DNA of 64,000 nucleotides from Squalus acanthias (Eukaryota), in the NCBI GenBank assembly GCA_030390025.1, contig CM059449.1:21390001-21454000 (forward strand), in the 5' to 3' direction. Positions 49,317 to 61,486 of the stretch are shown here, piece after piece. The notes below the pieces were generated by a model. That model was given only the letters and a program-made list of their open reading frames with translations, ran no database searches and was not told the origin of the DNA. A program made the position numbers and the translations under genes. Numbering within the stretch: the stretch's first letter is position 1; the number at the start of each line of letters is the position of its first letter.

Positions 49317-50776
49317 CTTCCGGCGACTGCACATGCGCAGTTACACATGGAAATCAGGACAGCTGACTTCAGATTTACCTTGCTCCCAGGCTATAACAGT
49401 ATCCCTCCCAGAGGCTTGGCATTTAAAAGCATGGAACGCTTTCATTTTCTGTTGTTACCTGATAGATATACACTAAATTCGACGGAAATGCCAGGATTTG
49501 TGCATTCTAGAGTAAATACATTTTTAACGGTGTGATACCTCTTAATTACTTTCACGCAACCTCTCTGTCACTGAAAAATAACTTTTACGTGTGTGGAGTC
49601 TCATTCCTTTAGTTTTTGATTAATGTTGGTGATTGAAAAAAACATGTGAATAAATCATTTTTTTCTTTTTCTTTCTGTCACTTTTATCTCTCTTAATCCT
49701 TTTATTCTTTTCCTCTCTTTATTTTGCTTTCTGTACAGATTGGCAATGAATTGCCCAAGAATTTGCGGCAGTTGTGATGGCGAGTCTCTCAGTGCTTGCC
49801 ATTATTACTGGATAAACCTGACTACTTCTGGCGTTCGCACGTGTGCAGTTAAACCCGGTAATCTGGAAGGTCCTGTCAGAGTTACCCTGCTCCTCCATAG
49901 GGTACACTGATGCCGTCTTCGCAGAATCAATACAACAATAAATGTTAAGGCATGAAGTTGAATTATTTACACACTATTCTGTCCCTAAATACAAACGAAA
50001 AAATTAAGCCTTTCTTCAATCCGAGGTAATTGATATTTTAACTGCATACTAAGTAATAATTACTGCTGAAAAACCTCGCTGGCCCAGAAAAAAATAATTT
50101 TACATGGAGTCTCATTCCCTCAGTAGAAAATTTAAAAATTTCTGCTTTTTAGAAATATAAAAACATATTTTTTAAACGTTTGTGTTTAGCTATTTAAGAT
50201 TATCACTAAATCCCAAGTATATGTCCCAATCTTTATTTTGCTTTCTCTACAATGATTTTAACTTAAATTGTGCAATCTGATTGCTTGATAAGCCTCCCTG
50301 CTGCATGCCCTGTTGCTTGACGCCACAGATCCCCTGCAGAATGCGCCGAATTCAAGCTGACCATGTAAAAGACGAAGTCTGCGCTCTGCAACCTCCTAAA
50401 ACTTGGTGGGCAGCTTTCTTCTAGGTGTACGGCGAGCGCTAGTGGCTGCAACATCTGGCATGATAACCATGGCCTGGTATACAGGGACTAAAAGATACAT
50501 TTAATTTAAGATAAATGTTCAGACATTCAGGCTGGCCTGCACCACGAGCTTTACTTTCATGTTAATTTCCTCCTAACCGGCCTCGTATGTAACACAGGAC
50601 GCATTTGTAGGAGGAACAAAGCAGTTTTTATTGAGACAAGCACAAAGCAAATTGATCAACTGAATGCACTCGTTTCATGCACAGTATACAACCTAGTACT
50701 ATGCAAACACAGAGTTTTGTTACACAGAATGCACATTGATCAGTGTGACATTAAACAGCAAGGCTCAGACATGTAC

Positions 50777-50942
50777 CTGAATCTCAGGTCTGACACTATC
50801 ACATTCACTGAGCAGCTGCTACGCTACAGCTATAGCGACACAGGGAAACAAAGGGAGGGAGGTGCAAAGCATTTTTAACTAATTCTCAGGCAGGGAAGAT
50901 CTCAACATTTATTTTGTTAAATGGCATGTTTCGTCGACCAAT
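50777..50942 (-). promoter_or_regulatory. Paralogous putative promoter and first exon, right arm
   Basis: CCAAT at 50938-50942, the 41-bp block at 50878-50918 identical to 16601-16641, TATA decayed to TTAAAAA, donor ATTCAG|GTAC at 50777. Confidence 0.55.
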
Positions 50943-51949
50943 TGTGGATGGGCCCTGCCTTTCTTTCCCTGAATAAAACCAGAAGCCCTTGAGGCTGCAA
51001 GGTGTGAATATTACCACATGAACACATATGGGCAACTACGTGTGCTCAGTGGGAACCTATGGATACAGACAGCAGGGATTGGAGCTAAGGGTATCGTTTT
51101 AACGTAAATCGCCAGGCAGGAAACCCGCGGAATCCAGTGGTTCTACGCCTCACCCAATATTACTCTCCACTGATTTCAATAGAGATTTAAATCGGGTTGT
51201 GTGTAAACCTATCGTCACATGGTGGGTAAAGTTAAAGTTACCACATGGGGGTCTCCACTGGGACTCTTGGATTTTGCAAATAGGCTTCTTAATGAATTCG
51301 TGTGGATATCCTTAGACTGCTATTAACGTGAGTTACCTTTACAGTGCAGTAAGCAGTTTAACAGAGGAAGTCCATACAAGTGCGTTTGTACACCAATACA
51401 CACACATAGTTATTCCATACCTTACTTAATTGTCATAGGTGCAATTGAGCATAATCGAAGTCTTCTTTCAGAAGAAGATTGGAGTTTGCAAGCGGACCAT
51501 GGTGAGGACTTTTAGGCAATAGGCGAATAACTAGAAAATCATGATTAGATTGCAAAAAAAATAGTGTATTGATATTACTTAAAGGAAAATTGTAGGCAAC
51601 GCACCCGGTCATAGAGCTTCAGAAGCCTCCACGTTATATCTGTATTATGCACAAACGTTGGTGATATAATCAAAGGACGCCTAACACATTTACAGAATGT
51701 TTCTGCATCTGCCTAAAAAAAGCAAAAAAGCGAGTTAGGACCTGTGCTAAAATAGCATACACGGGAATTACTTATGAACATGCATTGTATTACGTGCGAA
51801 TATCAACAACTGTCTAATTTAAAGTCTAAAATCTAGAGTCTTACAGGACCGGCGTCAATATTTTCTGGAGCCTTTGGTTAACAATATTTCAATCTGCAAT
51901 TTGTTTGTCCATTTAACGTATTAGGTTCTAAATGCTCAGATATGAAGTA

Positions 51950-52420
51950 AATTTACCAGAATGGTCCAGAGATGAGGGAATTCAGTTAGGTGGGCAGATC
52001 AGAAAAGTTGGGATTCTTCAACATAGATCTAAGAAGATCAAGGGGAGATATAATAGAGTTGTTCAAAGTTATGAGTGGTTTTGATAGAGCAGAGAGGGTG
52101 AAACTGTTTCCATTGGCAAGGGGGTCCACAACCTGACGACACAGGTTCAAGACAGTTGGCAAGATAATTGTGGGAGTGAGAAGACATTTTTTTGCGCAGA
52201 AGTTATCATGTTTTTGAGTGCACTGACTAAAATGGTGGCGGATGCGGATTCAATAATTACTTTCAAAAGGGTAGTGTTTATAATCTTAAAAGGAAAGAAA
52301 TGCAGTGCTATGGCGAAAGAGCAGGGGGTCGAACTAATTGGAAAGCTCTTTCAAAGAGTCTGCACCAGCAATATGCTTCGAATTGAGTCCTTCTGTGGGG
52401 TATCACTCTATGATTCTAGA
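51950..52420 (+). mobile_element. CR1 3' fragment, specific to the right arm
   Basis: TTTACCAGAATGGTCCAGAGATGAGG...AGGGGAGATATAATAGAG...CTCTATGATTCTA. Confidence 0.85.
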
Positions 52421-53874
52421 TGGATGTTAGAACATTATTAAACTATGTCCCCTCTTCTCTTCAGTAAGAATTACAAATTCCTTGGAAAGCTCACTGAAAA
52501 GAACTATGAACAGCTGATTTTACGAGTTTGCGGTATAAATATGTTGGCAACACGCCTGTAATTTCCAGATAGGCAGTGGCGGGGAATTCTCGCCAAAAGG
52601 ATATATCATTAGAAAAATGTGCCCTATTAGCACAAATTACAAAAATCAGGAACAACCAAAGTGTTTGAGAAAGAAAGAGATAGACAGAGACGAGGAGAAA
52701 GAGGAAAGCAAAGGGAAGGATAGCAAGGCGAATAGCATCCAGAGGTGCAAGGATGGTACTCCAGTTCGAAGAACTATCCCTTGGACCTCGGGATGATTGC
52801 TTACCTATCCAGCACTGGTGCATCAGGCCAGTTAAACTCACTTTTATAATTGATCTTGTGATTTCTACAAGAATGTGACACCCATGTTTGTAAAGCCAAA
52901 CTCAGCTTCATTTTCCTGATGATCAGAATGGCAGACCCATAAAAGCACAAGGGGCCAGCATTCTGATGACACTACTCGCTGACCGTCCAAGCTAAGGAAG
53001 CGCCAAATTTAAAAGTTTATTTTGTAAACTGCCCCTGTCACCTGGATGAGATCGTCTAATTCAAACGGAATTAACCGAGACAGCTTAGTGTGGCTCTGTA
53101 CCGCAATGTACAGTGCACCTGTTCACTGAATTAACGTCGGAGGCACCAGATTATGGTGACAGTTGGATTATTTTGGATTCAGAAATAAAAAATTGAAAAT
53201 AGGATACAATCTTTCATCGAATTTGCCATCAGTCGAGTGGACTGTGGAATCATCTTCGGGTTTGGAAATGTCACTGTCCCTTCATCACAGTCTAGGAAAA
53301 TTCCGATTTTTGTCATTTCAAGAATTTTGACGGGTTGCCAAAAGTCCTCGTCAAGTATTTTTTCTTTCCCCACAATACACAGCACCATAGTCTAATATCC
53401 ACTACTAGGCATTAGCCATGTCTTCCATGTGTATTAGCCTACAAGTACACCCACAAACCAGACACAGCCGCTCTCTACTTGCGTCGCCCAACAATAAGTT
53501 CCGGAAGTGACATGTAACATGCCGAGGTTCATTTTCTGAGCGTCCGTGGGTTTTCCGGGGGGATTGCCTCATGTGGTGCTGATATTTTCTGCATTCACCA
53601 GGAATCATGGATCCGAGATGGACTGGCTGAATTTTACAGCAACTAGGGCAATGGAAAGAAAACAATCAATATTATCTGGCACCAACATTTTACAATGTCT
53701 GTCCATCTATATTTATATCAGCCTCTCCCCATCTCTGGCTCTCTCCCATCCCTGGATCTCGATCTAACGTTAACTCTGTCCATTAATATATATTTCTGTC
53801 TGTTCTCGCTTTGGGCAATCGTGTAAAATGGGGGATGTCATATTGGACGTCCCTTATCGACCCCACCCGATCTC

Positions 53875-56800
53875 ATAAAAACATAAGACACTGGAGCAAG
53901 AGTAGGTGATTTGACCCCTCGAGCCTGCTCCGCCAGTCAATAAGATCATGGCTGATCTGATTTGGCCTCGACTCCACTTCCTTACCCGCTAACCATAACC
54001 CTTGATTCCCTTATCGTTCAAAATTCTTTCTATCTCCACCTTAAATATATTCAATGACCCAACCTCCACAGCTCTCTGGGGTAGAGAATTCCAAAGATTC
54101 ACGACCCTCTGAGAGAAGGAATTCCTCCTCATTTTCGATTTGAAAGGTTGCCCCCTTATTCTGAAATGATGCCCCCTAGTTCTAGATTCCCTCTCTGCAT
54201 CTACCCTGTCAAGCCCTTTCAGAATCTTATATGTTTCAATAAGATCCCCTCTCATTCTTGCAAACTCAATGTGTATAGACCCAACCTGCTCAACCTTTCT
54301 TCATAAGATAACCCCTTCATCTTCGGAATCAACCTCGTGAACCTTTTCCGAACTGCCTCCAATGCAAGTATATCCTACCTTAAGGATATAGGCCTTGGAC
54401 AACGTGGACCACTTTCCATACCACTGGAGCCTACTGTCAACAAGGGCAGACGTCGACGACGAAATCCAACACCGCCTTCATGGTGCCAGTGCAGCATTCG
54501 GCCGCCTGAGGAAGAGAGTGTTTGAAGACCAGGACCTCAAACCCGGCACTAAGCTCATGGTCTATAGAGCAGCAGTGATACCTGCCCTGCTGTATGCCTC
54601 AGAGACATGGACCATGTACAGCAGGCACCTCAAAGCACTGGAGAGGTACCACCAACGTTGCATCCGCAAGATCCTGCAAATCCATTGGCATGATAGGCGC
54701 ACCGCCGTCAGTGTTCTTGCTCAGGTTTGCATCCCCAGCATCGAAGATATGTCATCACTCGATCAGCACTGGTGAACGGGTCACATTGTCCGCATGCCCG
54801 ATACGAGCGTCCCAAAACAAGCGCTCTACACTAAGCTCCGGCATGGCAAGAGAGCCCCAGGTGGGCAGAGGAAACGCTTCAGGGATACCCTCAAAGCCTA
54901 TTTGAAAAAGTGTAAGATCCCCACTGACACCTGGCCCAAGACCGCAGAAACTGGAGGAGAAGCATCCGGGAAGGCGCTGAACACCTCGAGTCACTTCGCC
55001 GGGAGCAAGCGGAAGCGAAGCACAGGCAGCGCAAGGAGTGCACGTCAACCCAAGCACCCCACCCACCCGCCGCTTCAACCACCGTCTGCCCCACCTGTGA
55101 CAGAGACTGTAGGTCCCGCATTGGACACATCAGTCACCTGAGAACTCATTTTTAAGGTGGAAGCAAGTGATCCTCGGTTCCGAGGGATTGCCTAAGAAGA
55201 AGAAGGAGAAGTAGAATCCTTCCTTAAATAAGGAGGGCAAAACAGTACGCAGTACTCCAGGTGTGGTCGCATCAACTCCCTGTACAGTTTTAACAGGACT
55301 TCACTTACTTTTATACTCCATTTCCTTTGCAAAAAAGGCCAACCCTCCATTTGCCTTCCTAATTATTTGCTGTACCTGCATGCTAACTTCTCGTGATTCA
55401 TGTACAAGAATCCCCAGATCCCTCTGTACCTCAGCATTTTGTAATCTCTCCCCATTTAAATAATAATTTCCTTTTTTAATTTTCCTACCGAAGTGGAAAA
55501 CCTCGCATTTTCCCACAGTAAACTTCATCTGCCAGGTTTTTGCCCACTCACTTAGCCTATCTATATTCTTTGGAGATTATTTTCGTCCTCCACACAATCT
55601 GCTTTCCCACCTATCTTTGTATTATCAGCAAATTTGGCTACATTACTCTTACTCCCTTCTTTTAAGTCATCAATATAGTGTGTAAATAGTTGAGGCCCCA
55701 GCACTGATCCCTGCGGCACCCCACTAGTTACAGTTTGCCAACCTGAAAATGACCTATTTATCCCGACTCTCTGTTTTCTGTTAGTTAGCCAATCCTCTAC
55801 CCATGCTAATATATTACCACCCAATCCTGTGAGCTCTTATCTTGTGTAGTAACATTTTATGTGGCACCTTATCGAATGACATTTGGAAATCCAATTACAC
55901 GGCAGCTACTGTTTCCCCTTTATGCACCATGCTCGTTACATCTTCAAAAAACTCCAGCATATTTGTCAAACATGATTTCCCTTTCATAAAACCATGCTGA
56001 CACTGCGTTACTATATTATGATTTTCTAAATGTCCTGCTATCACTTCCTTAATGACGGACTCCAGAATTTCCCTAATGACAGATTTTAGGCTAACTGGTC
56101 GATAGTTGCCTGCTTTCTGTCTCCCTCCTTACTTAAATAGGAGCGTTACATTTGCGGTTTTCCAGTCCGCTGGTACCACTTCAGAATCCAGGGTATTTTG
56201 GTAGATTACAACCAATGCATCCGCTATCTCTGCAACCACCTCTTTTAAGACTCTAGGATGCACGCCATCGGGTGCAGGGTACTTCTCCACCTTTAGTTCT
56301 ATCAGTTTGCCAAGTACTTTCTCTCTAGTGATAGTGATTGTTTAATTCCCCCCCCCCCACCACCCCAATAGCCCATTGATTATCCATTATTGGGAAGCTT
56401 TTAGAGTCGTCAACCGTTAAGACAGATACAAAATATTTGTTCAAGGTCTCCGCCATTTACCTGTTTTTATTATTAATTCCCCAGACTCATCCTCTAAGGG
56501 ACCAACGTTTACTCTAGCTATTATCTTCCTTTTTATGTACCTGTAGAAACTCTTACTGTCTGTTGTTATATTTCTTGTTAGCTCATTCTCATAAGCTATC
56601 TTCTCTCCCTTTATCATTTTTGTAGTCGTCCTTTGCTGCTTTTTAAACATTTCCCAACCCTCTGGCCTTTCACTATTCTTCGCAACATTGTATGCTTTTC
56701 TTTTCAATTTGATGCCATCCTTTACTTCCGCAGTTAGCCCTGGATGTTTCATCCTTCTCTTAGAGTCTTTCTTTCTCACTGGAATATATTTTTGCTGAGA

Positions 56801-57610
56801 GTTATGAAGTATCTCCTTAAATGTTTGCCATTGCTTTTACTGTACCATATTTTTACAGTCTACTTTAACCAAGTCTGCCATCATAATTTTGTAATTACCT
56901 TTATTTAACTTCAGGACACTGGTTTGAGACCTAGCTTTCTCACCTCAAACTAAACTTGAAATTCTACCATGCTATGATCACTCTTCCCAAGAGGATCCTT
57001 CACTTCGAGATCATTAATTAATCGAGCCTCGTTACACATTACCAGATCTAAAATAGTCTTCTCCTGTGTGGTTCCACAACATATTATTCCAAGAAACAAT
57101 CCCGTATACACTCTAATAACTCTTCCTCGAGTCTACCTTTGCCAATTAGCTTTGTCCAATCAATTTGAAGATTAAAATCTCCCATGATTTTAGCCGTACC
57201 TTTCTTTGAAGCCTCTATTATTTCTTGATTTATTATCTGTCCTACAGTGTGGCTGCTGTTTGGGGGCCTGTAGACTGCTCCCACTAGAGACTTTTTACCC
57301 TCATTATTTCTTATCTCCACCCAAACTGATTCTACATCTTGATCTTCGAGTTCAATATCAATTCTCATTAATGCACTGATCTCATCCCTTATTAACAGAG
57401 CTACCCCACCTCCTTTTCCTTTCTGCCCATCCTTACGAAGTGGCAAATACCCCTGAATGTTCAGTTCCCAGTCTTGGTCTCCTTGCAACCACGTCTCTGT
57501 AATGGCTATCAGATCATACCTATTTATATATATTTGAGCTTTCAACTAATCTATCTTGTTACAAATGCTGCGTGCGTTCAGATATAGAGCATTTAATTTT
57601 GTCTTTTTAC
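53875..57610 (-). mobile_element. CR1 LINE with nearly complete ORF2, inside the last intron of the right-arm pseudogene
   Basis: YDLIAITETWLQ...KGKGGGVALLI...VGAVYRPPN...MGDFN; SGVPQGSVLGPQLF...KFADNTKIGG; MRGDLIETYKIL...FSQRVVNLWNSLP. Confidence 0.95.
54384..55208 (+). mobile_element. RTE-clade LINE 3' fragment nested in the CR1
   Basis: ASAAFGRLRKRVF...TKLMVYRAAVIPALLYASETWT...LERYHQRCIRKILQIHW; PKQALY...GKRAPGGQRKRFRDTLK; (AAG)n tail; degenerate TSD at 54366-54383 and 55209-55227. Confidence 0.92.
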
Positions 57611-57869
57611 CATTCTATCGGGCGTAGTGTATTATGTGCAGCTAATTGTATATCGTCCACTTTGCACCATAGCCAACGTTAAGACAACTCCCTCTGTCTT
57701 TTCCTTTTTATTCCGTATGGCTCTCTCGATTTCTCTAATAGAATAATAGAAATTAACGACACCGAAGGAAGCCTTTAAGACCATCTTAGTTGTGCAGCCA
57801 AAAAGAACTATCAGGCGAATCGCACTCTGCAGCTTTTGGTACGTAGCCTTGCAGGTTACAGCACTTCAA

Positions 57870-59950
57870 GTGCGATGAGGGATTCTGCCTCTACAACCCC
57901 TACAGACAGTGAGTTCTAGCCCACCACCCTCTGGCTAATAAAAGTTCTCCACAACTCTCCTCTATTCCTTCTATCTAATACTTTAATTATTTCCCTCCAT
58001 AATATTGAGCTGTCTGCTAAGGGAAATATGTCCTTCCTATCCACTCTATCTAGGCCCCTCATAAGTTTATACACCTCAATTAAACCTGCCCTCAGGCTCC
58101 TCAGTTCCAAATAAAACAACTGAAGCCTATTCAATCTTTCCTCATTGCTAAAATTCTCCAGTCCTGGCAACATCCTTGTAATTCTCCTCTTTACCCTCTC
58201 TAGTGCAATCACACATTTCCTATTTTGTGGTGATCAGCACTGTACGCACTACTCCAGCTGTGGCCTAAATAGTGTTTTATACAATCCAAGCATAACCCCC
58301 CTGCTTTTATATTATATGCCACGGCTAATAAAGGAAAGAACCCCGTATGCCTTCTTAACCACCTTATCTACCTGGCCTGCTACTTTCAGGGATCTGTGGA
58401 CATACACTCCAAGGTCGCTCTGTTGCTCTACCCTTCTCATTATCATACCAATTATTGTTTATTCGCTTGCCTTGTTAGCCCTCCCCAAATGCATTACCTC
58501 ACACTTCTTCGTATTGAATTATGTTGCCACTTTTTTGCCCACCTGACCACTCCGTTGACATCTTCCTGCAGTCTACAGCTCTCTTCCTCACTATCAACCA
58601 CATGGCCAATTTTGTATCATCTGCAAAATTCTTAATCATTCCCCTTAAATTGAAGTCCAAATCAATAATATATACCACAATATGCAAGGGAACTGGTACT
58701 GATCCCTGAGGAACCCCACTCGAAACGGCATTCCAATCACAAAAACTCCTGGCGCCCATTACCCTTTCCTTCATGCCACTGTGCCAATTTCGGTTACAAC
58801 TTGCCACTTTCCCTCGGATCCCATGAGCTTTTACTTTTCTGAACCGTCTACCACGCGGGACCTTGTCAAAAGCCTTGCTAAAATCCATGTAGACCACATC
58901 AAACCCGCTACCCTCTTCGACTCTCGTTGTTACCTCCTCAAAAAATAAAATCAAGTTAGTCAATCATGATCTTCCCTTAACAAATCTAGACTGACTGTCC
59001 TTAATTTTTGCTGCCTTTCGAACTGACGATTAATACTGTCCCTCAGAATTTTTCCAATAATTTTTCCACCACCAAAGTTAGGCTGACTGGCCTGTAATTA
59101 CAGAGTCTATCCCTTTATCCCTTTTTAAAAATCGTACAGCGTTAGTAGTCCTGCAGTCCGCCGGCACCACACCTGTAGGCAGAGAGCATTGGAAAATAAT
59201 GGTCAGAGCCTCCACTATTTCCTCCCTTGCTTCTCTTAACATCCTGGATTAAATTGCATCCTGCCCTGACGAATTATCTACTTTAAAATATGCCAAAACC
59301 AGTAAAACCTCCTGTCTCACTATGTTTATCTCATCTAATATTTCACACTATTCTCCCTTAACTAAAATGTTTGCGTTGTCCCTCTCTTTTGTGAAGACAG
59401 ACGCAAATTATTAATTAAGAATTTTATCCACGTCTTCTGCCTGCAAAGAGGTTACATTTTTGGTCTCCAAAAGTCCCTACTATTTCTTTAGTAATTCTCT
59501 TAGTCTTTATGTATTTTAAAATCATCTTTGTGTTTTACTTCATGCAACTTGCCAATATTTTTTTCATGACCACTCTTCGTTTTCCGAATTTATTTTAAAA
59601 TTTAACCCCTGCAGTTTCACTCCTCTAGGCCTTCTGTAGTATTTAGCTCTCGATATCTGACAGGAGCTTTCCTTTTTAGTCTTATCTTACACTGTATGCT
59701 GCTTGACATCCTCGATTTGGGAGTACCGCCCTTTTTCATTGTGGGAACATATTTACTCTGAACGCTTACTATCTCCTTCTTCAATGACTCCCACTGCTCT
59801 GGCACTGATTTACCTTCAATTAGTTATTGCCAGTCCGCGTTTGCTAAATCACATCTCAGCTTCGTAAAATTGGCCTTTCCACAACTGAGAACTTTTATTC
59901 CTGGTCTATATTTGCTCTTTTCCAGAATTACGCTATATCTAACTGAATTT
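57870..59950 (-). mobile_element. CR1 LINE ORF2 fragment
   Basis: TNLILFFEEVT...VVYMDFSKAFDKVP...SGVPQGSV...NFADDTKL; LERVKRRITRMLPGL. Confidence 0.92.
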
Positions 59951-60721
59951 AGATCTCTGTACGTCTTGATCTCTTTCCATTTGTCTCTTGCCTTCTTTTT
60001 CTTCCCCCGTGTCTCTTTTCTCACTTGTGCGTTGTCATTTATGAAACTTGAAATAGTAAAACGTTGATGAAATGGGACACGGGTAGAGGCGGTAAACGGG
60101 CGGTATCGCATCGCTCGCCTATTATACGCCCTTCAGTACTCAGTTCGATTACTTCAATAAAGCTAATTAGATCTGAATGCCGAGCTTCTTGTATAACGTT
60201 CGGGAAATACGATTCCGCCTGTTTTACGTTGCTACCCGTGTCCAATTTCACACCCTATACCTCCTAAGGTGCTTTAACATTGTTGGTTTATGTCTGGGGA
60301 AGTGACCTCTGTGCACTATGCTCGCCCCTTATTTTACGGTTAGCTGCCGGTCAAGCTATATTCTGCTCTGCATTTTTGTGTCAGAGCGATCAATTTTCAT
60401 GGTTATCGCTAGACATAAATGCATGGTGATGGATGGGCTTCCCATTTTACACTGCACTAATTTCTCGTTTGCATTTACTTCACTGGAACTAACAATCGGG
60501 ATAGGTTGAAAACTGGCTGCCGTCTCGATATCATCCTTTTTAATATATCATACAAAGGCAAGATCTACCGCACTGGGAGATACGCATTACATATTACAGA
60601 TATATATGTAATGTGTATGTTCCACTTTTATAGGCAGTTCCTACAGCATACTAAGCTTATTCTGATCTTACATATTCCACAAGTACATTGTGTAAAATTT
60701 CTCCCAATCATAAACATAATT

Positions 60722-61486
60722 GCCCTGAATTTGCGGGTCGGACGCTTCCCGCGGGGAAATGCCTCCGGTCCGCAAAGACGATCCGCGCCTATCTGGCACC
60801 TCGGGTTCACGGCGGCTCGCGCTCCTGGGCCTCTCCGGGTACGCATGGGTAGAGGCCCACGTATCGCAGGGGCACATACGGTTCGCAAGTGCCCCTGGGA
60901 TCACGTGAGCTGGCCCAATGAATGACAGAAGGGGATCCCCATTAATTCTGATGGGGATTACATATGTCGTGAGTTCCCATAAACATGAAGAGGAATACGC
61001 AAAAGAAATGCATGTACACTTCAAATAAATAAATAAAATTACATATTTAAATAATTAAAATGCCATTTAATTAAATATTTAAAACAAAAATGTAATTTCT
61101 TGTGAAATAAATGTAAATGTTTCAAAGCGGCTGAAAATAAACTTGCTTTATTTTACAGTTGTTTTAATGTTTAATGATTGAAAAAAAAATATTCATTCAA
61201 ACTCTTACGCTGGTAAAAGCAGGCCTTACGCCTGCATTTACAAGGTCTAAGAATTTCACGAGCATGCACTGCGCAGAAACTCTCCCCCAGCGGATGCCTT
61301 TTATCCGGGGTTTGCGTTGGATCTGTCAAGAAAATTCTTGACGAATCGCAAGTTCCTGGTTTTCGCGCATGCGCTTCACGCGCGAAAACCGGAACGTGCG
61401 CGACCCGTGGTGGGGTGGTGGGGGCTGGGTGGGGTGGTGGGGCGGGGGGGACTGGACGCAACCGTCGGGGCCGCAAATTACGGGCC
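60722..61486. mobile_element. Non-autonomous TIR element (MITE)
   Basis: TIRs GCCCTGAATTTGCGG and CCGCAAATTACGGGC; internal similarity to 10222-10789. Confidence 0.75.
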
